DNA from: Longimicrobiales bacterium
Lineage (GTDB): Bacteria > Gemmatimonadota > Gemmatimonadetes > Longimicrobiales > Gaopeijiaceae
Length of the DNA: 64,000 nucleotides
Reading direction: 5' to 3'
NCBI GenBank assembly: GCA_965238005.1
Contig: OZ250165.1
Location: 3,360,001-3,424,000 of the forward strand
In this document: piece by piece, positions 57,257 to 64,000 of the stretch
How the letters are laid out: each line of letters begins with the position of its first letter
Position numbering within the stretch: the first letter of the stretch is position 1
The notes under the pieces: generated by a model
Seen by the model: the letters and a program-made list of their open reading frames with translations, nothing else
Database searches by the model: none
What the model was told of the DNA's origin: nothing
Program-made: the position numbers and the translations under genes

Positions 57257-59146
57257 CTATCCCGAGAAGGGCAGTCGCTTCCTCACATTGGCCCACGTGG
57301 AGGCCAGGTGCACGGACCAGGGCGTCGTGACACCGCTGATTCGCGCCCCCGCCAGGGCTTCCAGGAAGGCCGCCGGCTCGTTCGGATGATCCGCCACCTC
57401 CACGAACGCCCCCGCAACCTCGCCCACGGTGTGAGCGTCGGAGCCGGCCCCCCTCGCCTTGTCCCAACGGGCCGCCAACTCCTCTCCGGGCTCGTTCAGC
57501 CTGCCCGGGTGAAGCCGCGCGTTGAAAACCTCGACCACATCGACCAATGGAGCAAGCTCTTCGGCATAGCGGCCCGACGCGCCCTTGCCGCGGGCGTAGG
57601 GGTGCGGGAGGTACACGATGCCCCCCTGCTCACGGACCAGACGGCAGACCTCCCTGGCGGACGTCCCCTTGGGGATCTCCTCCCGGAGGTAGAGACCGAT
57701 CACGTCGATCCCCTCGGCTGTCTTCACCTCCTCGCCGGGGATCACCGCATCCGGAAACGCCGTCGCCATCTCCAGCGCCAGGGCCAGGCGGTTGTGATCG
57801 GTGATGGCGATGCGCTGGACCCCCTTCTCTCGGGCCGCGTCGATGACCCGGCGCGGATCGGAGAGACAGTCGAAGGAGGCCCGCGTGTGGAGGTGCATGT
57901 CGATCCTGATGCGTCCCGAGGGCGGGCCCTGCCCCGCTCTGGCCTCCTTCCGTATCCGGGCCAGGAGCCGGAAAGCCGAGTCCTCCAGCTCCTCGAGCGT
58001 GCCCTCGTTGACCAGCACGTGATCGGCCCTGTCTCGCTTGAGGCCGGGCTCCATCTGGCTGGACATGATGCTGCGTGCTTCCTTGGCGTCGAGGCCTCGC
58101 TCGCCGGTGAGCCGAGCGAGCCGCACGTCTTCCGGAGCGTCCACCAGGACGGTCACGTCGAAGTCATCTTCGAGGCCCGCCTCGAACAGGAGGGGTACCT
58201 CCGATACAGTGAGCGAGGCGCCCTCCGCGAGCCGTTCCCTCATCCACCGGTCCCGCAGCACCCGGATACGTGGATGGAGGATCGCTTCGAGGGTGGCTCG
58301 GGCCTCCTCGTCCTGGAACACTCGGGCCCCGAGGGCGGCCCTGTCCAGGGAGCCGTCTTCATTCAGTACTCCTTCCCCGAAGGCCTCCACGACGGCCGCC
58401 AGCCCCGGGCTCCCCGGCTTCACCGCCTCCCGGGACAGCTCGTCGGCGCTGATCACGGGCACTCCATCCTCCGCCCAACACCCGGCAACCGCCGACTTGC
58501 CGGCCGCAACGTTTCCGGTGAGTCCGATGGACACCGGGCCCGGGGCGCTCGACGACCCGAGGACGCGACCCTTGACCGCCAGAAACAGCACCACCGCGAT
58601 GACGGCCACGATGGCAGCCCATCCCATGCCCAGGGATTCTACGCTCACCTGCCAACCCCGCGCCGCGCCAAAGGCGAAACCCAAGCCCAAGACCCCCCAG
58701 GCGGCGATGCCCAGGAAGTCGAACACGAGAAAGCGCCGATAGGAAATTCGTGTTGAGCCGGCGGCCAGGGGCATGAGGGTGCGTGCGAACGGGATAATGC
58801 GGGCGAGGCTGATGGAGAGCACGCCGTGCCTCTCGAAGAGGGCCGAACTCCGATCCTGGTGGCGCCGGGCGCTCCTGGCCAGACGGCCCTTGCTCCGCAA
58901 GAAGCGACGACCTCCGAAGCGTCCCAGCATGAAGCCGCACGAGTCACCGAGTGCGGCGCCCACCAGGGCGGCAACCACCACCGCCCCGAAGCTGAAGTGA
59001 CCCTCGAGGGCGAAAGCCGTGGCGACGATGATGGTCGGCTCCGCCGGCAGAACGAGACCGATGATGACAGCGGTCTCGAACATGGCCATGGCTCCCACGA
59101 ACAGAGGACCGTAGACCGCCATATTGGCGCCGATCCACTCGATCAT
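57257..59146 (-). CDS. coaE: Three-domain fusion: DedA membrane domain + dephospho-CoA kinase + PHP-domain phosphoesterase
   Basis: DedA: ETAVIIGLVLPAE..GD..GF.LGR..ARIIPFART. CoaE: IGLTGNVAAGKS..LDRAALGARVF..LHPRI..EVPLLFE. PHP: DMHLHT..ITDHN..GEEV..HPY..GSDAH. Confidence 0.8.
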   Translation of the reverse strand: MIEWIGANMAVYGPLFVGAMAMFETAVIIGLVLPAEPTIIVATAFALEGHFSFGAVVVAALVGAALGDSCGFMLGRFGGRRFLRSKGRLARSARRHQDRSSALFERHGVLSISLARIIPFARTLMPLAAGSTRISYRRFLVFDFLGIAAWGVLGLGFAFGAARGWQVSVESLGMGWAAIVAVIAVVLFLAVKGRVLGSSSAPGPVSIGLTGNVAAGKSAVAGCWAEDGVPVISADELSREAVKPGSPGLAAVVEAFGEGVLNEDGSLDRAALGARVFQDEEARATLEAILHPRIRVLRDRWMRERLAEGASLTVSEVPLLFEAGLEDDFDVTVLVDAPEDVRLARLTGERGLDAKEARSIMSSQMEPGLKRDRADHVLVNEGTLEELEDSAFRLLARIRKEARAGQGPPSGRIRIDMHLHTRASFDCLSDPRRVIDAAREKGVQRIAITDHNRLALALEMATAFPDAVIPGEEVKTAEGIDVIGLYLREEIPKGTSAREVCRLVREQGGIVYLPHPYARGKGASGRYAEELAPLVDVVEVFNARLHPGRLNEPGEELAARWDKARGAGSDAHTVGEVAGAFVEVADHPNEPAAFLEALAGARISGVTTPWSVHLASTWANVRKRLPFSG

Positions 59147-59209
59147 GGCGCGGGAATCACCGGGACAGGGTCCGGGCGGGTCGGGCGAATAAAGCGGCCG
59201 GTGAAGCCG

Positions 59210-59581
59210 CTAGAACGGGCGACGCTTGGAGACGCGAAGGTCGTCTTCGTTCCCTTGCTGCCCGTCCGGCCCGAAGGATTGGATCGCGAAAGAGTCGGCC
59301 CACGACTGGTAGCTGTAGGCCCGTCCCCAGGGATCGATGCCAGCGTCTCCGGAGAAGTTGGTTTCCAGCCAGGTACTCCACTCGCGGCGACTCGGAAGTC
59401 GATACGTCTCGCGCTGCTGCCTCCGAACGGCTCTGGACAGATCCTCCATCTCCCGCTCCGCATTCCAGACGAGAACGGGTTGGAGAACCGGCATGGCCTT
59501 GTCGATGATCATCTGGCGACTGTCGGGAAAATACAACGCCGCGACGAAGCCGAAGATGAGCATGAGAACGAGTTTGGTCAC
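59210..59581 (-). CDS. Small membrane-anchored protein with GspG-like C-terminal domain
   Basis: DPWGRAYSY...SFGPDGQQGNEDD and an N-terminal TM helix. Confidence 0.65.
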   Translation of the reverse strand: MTKLVLMLIFGFVAALYFPDSRQMIIDKAMPVLQPVLVWNAEREMEDLSRAVRRQQRETYRLPSRREWSTWLETNFSGDAGIDPWGRAYSYQSWADSFAIQSFGPDGQQGNEDDLRVSKRRPF

Positions 59582-59889
59582 GGCGCTGTCTTAACTTTCA
59601 TGCGCTTCCGCTTCATGTGCCTCCGCTTCATGCGCTTCCGCATCTCAGACCCCCAGCGAATATACCGCTCCATCTCTGCCAGGGGAGGCACCGCCTCCGC
59701 ATCCCCGTATGCGGTCTCCATCCGCCATTTCATGTAGCTTCTCGGCGGAATGGGGAGGAAGGGGGGCCGCAAGTACCATCCATTCGACCTGAACGCCCAG
59801 GCTGTGCCCAGAAGTCCCTGGATGAGCAAAGGCTTTCGAATTGCTGCCTTCGCCAGCCGTACGTATATCGATCCCAAGCGGATTCTCAC
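59578..59889 (-). CDS. Small basic hypothetical protein
   Basis: PPFLPIPPRSYMKWRMETAYG core. The stop overlaps the next start. Confidence 0.55.
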   Translation of the reverse strand: MRIRLGSIYVRLAKAAIRKPLLIQGLLGTAWAFRSNGWYLRPPFLPIPPRSYMKWRMETAYGDAEAVPPLAEMERYIRWGSEMRKRMKRRHMKRKRMKVKTAP

Positions 59890-60081
59890 GGTTGCGGAGC
59901 CGTCGAAAACGCGTCCGTAAACATTTGATACAAGAATCTACCTGCGCTCCAGAACGAATTCAACGATCATAGTTCCCGAGAAGCTCCCCGCTTGCCGGGA
60001 AAGCCGTGAGCTTTCTGGGGTAGGTGGCCTGATCAAGCGGCCTCGACTAAGGTGTCTTCTCGTCAGAGCCCGGGAGTCCCA

Positions 60082-62166
60082 GTGGCCAATCGCCTGTCTC
60101 AAGAGAGCAGTCCCTACCTCCTCCAACACGCCGACAACCCGGTGGACTGGTATCCTTGGGGGGATGAGGCCTTCGCCCGAGCCAGGGAGCGGGACGTTCC
60201 CATCCTCCTTTCCATCGGTTACTCGGCGTGCCACTGGTGTCACGTCATGGAGAGGGAGTCGTTCGAGGATCCGGCCACCGCCGAGATCATGAACCAGAGT
60301 TTTGTGAACATCAAGGTGGACCGGGAAGAGAGGCCCGACATCGACTCCGTATACATGCGGGCCGTTCAAGCCATGTCGGGACAGGGGGGGTGGCCGCTCA
60401 CGGCGTTCCTCACACCAGAAGGCGAGCCCTTCTACGGAGGCACGTACTTCCCGCCCGAGCCCCGCCACGGATTGCCGTCTTTCCGTCAGATCCTCGGCGC
60501 CATCCAGAACGCCTACGGGGAGAGACGAGACGAGGTGTTGAAGAACGCCGGCGAGCTCCGAGGGATCCTGGAGCGCAGCACGGCCGAGGTGGGTGAAGGG
60601 CCGCTGACCAGCGACGGCGAGACGCTCGCCGGTGCGGGCCTCCTCGACCACGCGTACCGTTTTCTCTCCTCCCGCTTCGATCCCACCCACGGTGGATTCG
60701 GAGGCGCGCCGAAGTTCCCCCAGCCCGTGACCCTCGAGTTCGCCCTGAGAGTCCACGCCCGGACCGGCGACGACCAGGCCCTGGGCATCGTCACCCATAC
60801 CCTGCGCAAGATGGCCGGTGGGGGCATGCACGACCATCTGGCGGGCGGTTTCCACCGCTATTCGGTGGATGCACGCTGGCTGGTGCCCCACTTCGAGAAG
60901 ATGCTCTATGACAACGCCCTCCTCGCGCGGGTCTATTTGAACGCCTTCCAGGCCACCGGCGACACCGACCTGAGGGACGCGGCCGAGCGGACCCTGGATC
61001 ACATGCTGAGGGACATGCGCGACCCCGAAGGGGGCTTCTACTCCGCCCTTGACGCCGATTCCGAGGGTGAGGAGGGCATTTTCTACGTGTGGACGCCGGC
61101 TCAGGTCCGGGAGGTGCTGGACAGCGACCTGGCCACCCTCTTCGAGCGCTGCTATGACATTAGCGACGCCGGGAACTTCGAGGGAAAGAGCATCCTGCAC
61201 CTTCCCCACGACCTGGAGGTCGTCGCTCGAAGCGAGGGTATGGAGTCGGAGAAGCTCCGGGAGCGGCTTCATGAGGCGAGAAACCTGTTGCTGGAGGCTC
61301 GGAATCTCAGGGAGCCCCCATTCCGTGACGAGAAGATCCTGGCGAGCTGGAACGGCATGGCGTTCAGGGCGCTGGCGGAGGCCGGGGGAGCCCTGGGACG
61401 CGAGAGCTACCTGCAGGCCGGCGTCTCCGGACTCGACTTCGTGCTTTCGAAGATGCGACGGGACAACCGGCTTCTCCGGTCATACAAGGACGGCGTGTCG
61501 CGCATCGACGCCTTCCTGGAGGACTATGGAGCGGTCGGGAACGCTCTCGTCACAGTGTACGAGGTTACCCTCGAGCCGCACTGGCTGGACGAGATCCGTT
61601 GGATCACCGACCGGATGATCGAGCTCTTCTGGCATGCAGAGGTGGGCGTCTTCTACGACGCTCCGTCGGATGGAGAGGACCTGATCGTCCGGCCCCGTGA
61701 CATCATGGACAACGCTACGCCGTCCGGGAATTCCCTGGCCGTGGAGCTCCTCCTCAGGACGGCCCACCTCTTCGGCGATGACAGACATCAGGAGATCGCC
61801 GAGCGGGCTCTCGGCCGCGAGACCGGGTCGATGGCACGGTTCCCCTCGGCATTCGGCCGACTCCTCTCGGCTCTGGACCGTACGGTGGCAGCGTCCGTCG
61901 AGATCGCCATCGTCGGAGAGCGGGACGATCCCGCGACGGGCGATCTGCACCGGGCGGCGCTGACGCCGTACCTTCCGAACCGGACCATGGCAGGGGTGGC
62001 CCCAGGGGAGGTCCTCGACCACGCCATCCCGCTTCTGGAGGATCGAGAGGGACAAGACGGCAGGCCCACGGCCTACGTCTGCGAGGGCTACGCCTGTCGC
62101 GCACCCGTTAACGATCCCGACGCCCTGACGGAGCAGCTGCGTACTCGAACCGGATACCGGCCGTAG
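60082..62166 (+). CDS. YyaL/SSP411-like thioredoxin-domain protein (DUF255)
   Basis: [42 protein letters not shown] and [12 protein letters not shown] motifs. Confidence 0.93.
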   Translation: MANRLSQESSPYLLQHADNPVDWYPWGDEAFARARERDVPILLSIGYSACHWCHVMERESFEDPATAEIMNQSFVNIKVDREERPDIDSVYMRAVQAMSGQGGWPLTAFLTPEGEPFYGGTYFPPEPRHGLPSFRQILGAIQNAYGERRDEVLKNAGELRGILERSTAEVGEGPLTSDGETLAGAGLLDHAYRFLSSRFDPTHGGFGGAPKFPQPVTLEFALRVHARTGDDQALGIVTHTLRKMAGGGMHDHLAGGFHRYSVDARWLVPHFEKMLYDNALLARVYLNAFQATGDTDLRDAAERTLDHMLRDMRDPEGGFYSALDADSEGEEGIFYVWTPAQVREVLDSDLATLFERCYDISDAGNFEGKSILHLPHDLEVVARSEGMESEKLRERLHEARNLLLEARNLREPPFRDEKILASWNGMAFRALAEAGGALGRESYLQAGVSGLDFVLSKMRRDNRLLRSYKDGVSRIDAFLEDYGAVGNALVTVYEVTLEPHWLDEIRWITDRMIELFWHAEVGVFYDAPSDGEDLIVRPRDIMDNATPSGNSLAVELLLRTAHLFGDDRHQEIAERALGRETGSMARFPSAFGRLLSALDRTVAASVEIAIVGERDDPATGDLHRAALTPYLPNRTMAGVAPGEVLDHAIPLLEDREGQDGRPTAYVCEGYACRAPVNDPDALTEQLRTRTGYRP

Positions 62167-62219
62167 GGCGTTTGGCTATCTTATCGGCTGTCCGACCGAA
62201 CCCTGATGCCCCGGAATAG

Positions 62220-64000
62220 ATGGAAACGAAAGAGAAGGAGATCATCACGACACCGGACGAGCCGGGCCTCAACCCCGACTGGTTACTAGACGCATACCGA
62301 ACCATGGTTACCGCCCGGCAGGTGGATGATCGTGAGATGGCCCTCAAGCGCCAGAACAAGATCTTCTTCCAGATCTCGGGTGCCGGACACGAAGCCATTC
62401 AGGTGGCGATGGCCGCCCACCTGAACGGCGGTCACGACTGGTTCTACCTCTACTACCGCGACCGGGCTCTAGCCTTCGCCATCGGGCAGACGCCCCTCGA
62501 CCATCTTCTCGGGGCCGTGGGGGCACACGACGATCCGAACAGCGCAGGCCGGCAGATGCCGTCGCACTTCGGAGACGCACGGCTCAACATCGCCAGCGCA
62601 TCGTCGCCCGTTGGTACCCAATTCCTCCAGGCCGTGGGAGCCGCCGAGGCCGGGCAGCGCGTCGGGCGAGTTGCGGAGCTCGAGGACAAGGTCACCGGAT
62701 TTCGGGAGGACGAAGTCGTTTTGGTCTGTGCGGGGGAGGGAGCCACCTCGGAGGGTGAGTTCTGGGAGGCCCTGAACGTCTCCTGCAATCTCAAGCTCCC
62801 GCTCGTGTTCCTGATCGAGGACAATGGGTATGCCATCTCGGTTCCCGTGGAGGTCAACACGGCGGGCGGGAGTATCTCCAGGCTCGTGGAAGGCTTTCCG
62901 GATCTTCTCATTCGAGAGTGCGACGGCACCGACGTGGTGGACAGCTACGTGGCCGCCGGGGAGGCCGTGGCGCACTGTCGCTCGCGGAATGGGCCCGCGC
63001 TCGTCCACGCGCATACGATCAGACCATATTCCCACTCGATGTCGGACGACGAGCGGATGTACCGGCCCGAGGCCGAGCGGGCGGAGGAGGCCGATCGAGA
63101 TCCACTCCTGAGGACACGGGCGCTCCTCATCGATCAGGGGATCTCGACGCCCGAAACCCTCGACGCTCTCGAGGAGGAGATCCAGACGTCGGTCGCCGCC
63201 GACGCCGACGAGGCCACGAGTCATCCGCAGCCGGCCCCCGAGACGGTGTTGCAGCACCTCTACTCAGAGGAGGTCGACCCCGCGGGACCCGACTTCGACA
63301 GCGAGGATTCGCCCGACTTCACGGACGATCGAGATGTGACCGTCGTCGATCTCCTGAACGCCTGCATGCGCGACGAGATGGAACGGGATCCCCGAATCGT
63401 CGTCTTCGGGGAGGACGTGGCGGACGCTTCCCGGGAAGAGATCCTGCCCGAGGTGAAGGGCAAAGGGGGTGTCTTCAAGGTGACCCACGGCCTCCAGAGC
63501 CGCTTCGGAGGCCAGCGGGTCTTCAACACTCCCCTTGCCGAGGCCAGCATCGTGGGTCGGGCGATCGGGATGGCCCAGCGCGGCCTCAAGCCCGTGGTCG
63601 AGATCCAGTTCTTCGACTACATCTGGCCGGCGTTCATGCAGATCCGGAACGAGCTGGCCATCATGCGATACCGGACGGCTGGGGCCTTTTCAGCTCCGGT
63701 CGTGATACGCGTCCCGTACGGGGGATACCTGAAGGGTGGCGGCATATACCACTCACAGACGGGGGACACGCTCTTCACGCACACACCCGGCCTCAGGGTC
63801 GTATTGCCGTCCAACGCCCTGGATGCCAACGGACTCCTGAGAACGGCCATCCGCTGTGACGACCCCGTCATCTTCCTGGAGCACAAGCACCTCTACCGAC
63901 AGGTCCACAACAAGGGCCGGTATCCGGGCAAGGACTTCATGATCCCCTTCGGCAAGGCGAAGGTGGTCCGCCCGGGCTCGGATCTGACCATCGTGACGTG
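62220..64000 (+). CDS. Fused E1 alpha/beta 2-oxoacid (probably branched-chain) dehydrogenase; runs off the window
   Basis: Not in the ORF track. Manual translation from ATG 62220 gives [36 protein letters not shown] (ThDP motif), [29 protein letters not shown] and FLEHK. Confidence 0.92.
   Translation, partial: METKEKEIITTPDEPGLNPDWLLDAYRTMVTARQVDDREMALKRQNKIFFQISGAGHEAIQVAMAAHLNGGHDWFYLYYRDRALAFAIGQTPLDHLLGAVGAHDDPNSAGRQMPSHFGDARLNIASASSPVGTQFLQAVGAAEAGQRVGRVAELEDKVTGFREDEVVLVCAGEGATSEGEFWEALNVSCNLKLPLVFLIEDNGYAISVPVEVNTAGGSISRLVEGFPDLLIRECDGTDVVDSYVAAGEAVAHCRSRNGPALVHAHTIRPYSHSMSDDERMYRPEAERAEEADRDPLLRTRALLIDQGISTPETLDALEEEIQTSVAADADEATSHPQPAPETVLQHLYSEEVDPAGPDFDSEDSPDFTDDRDVTVVDLLNACMRDEMERDPRIVVFGEDVADASREEILPEVKGKGGVFKVTHGLQSRFGGQRVFNTPLAEASIVGRAIGMAQRGLKPVVEIQFFDYIWPAFMQIRNELAIMRYRTAGAFSAPVVIRVPYGGYLKGGGIYHSQTGDTLFTHTPGLRVVLPSNALDANGLLRTAIRCDDPVIFLEHKHLYRQVHNKGRYPGKDFMIPFGKAKVVRPGSDLTIVT

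Overview
A high-GC bacterial chromosomal window. Gene style and neighbourhood suggest Gemmatimonadota, but this is inference only. It is mostly housekeeping: cysS, pyrF/pyrD, amidase, smpB, pgi, pyk (frameshifted), rnd, DksA-like, fabH, rocD, nitrilase, a coxSLM-type molybdo-flavoprotein cluster with maturation genes, NrdR-controlled class II RNR, anmK/murQ, ccdA, cardiolipin synthase-like, agmatinase, Fur, DHH, YyaL-like and a fused 2-oxoacid dehydrogenase E1. Four things stand out. (1) tRNA-Thr(UGU) has its 5' half (38 bp) duplicated 4.4 kb away, bracketing an integrase-less island that carries a giant repetitive lipoprotein. (2) At least six intergenic non-coding elements with CTAG-type ends share internal sequence but carry three different, self-complementary terminal inverted repeats; two sit exactly on TAG stop codons. 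(3) There are unusual fusions: a single Clp-type AAA+ module with an LGF loop plus a receiver domain, DedA-CoaE-PHP, and a possibly artefactual AnmK-GT-C. (4) The form-II-like CoxL has altered active-site motifs. All calls come from reading the sequence; no database searches were run.
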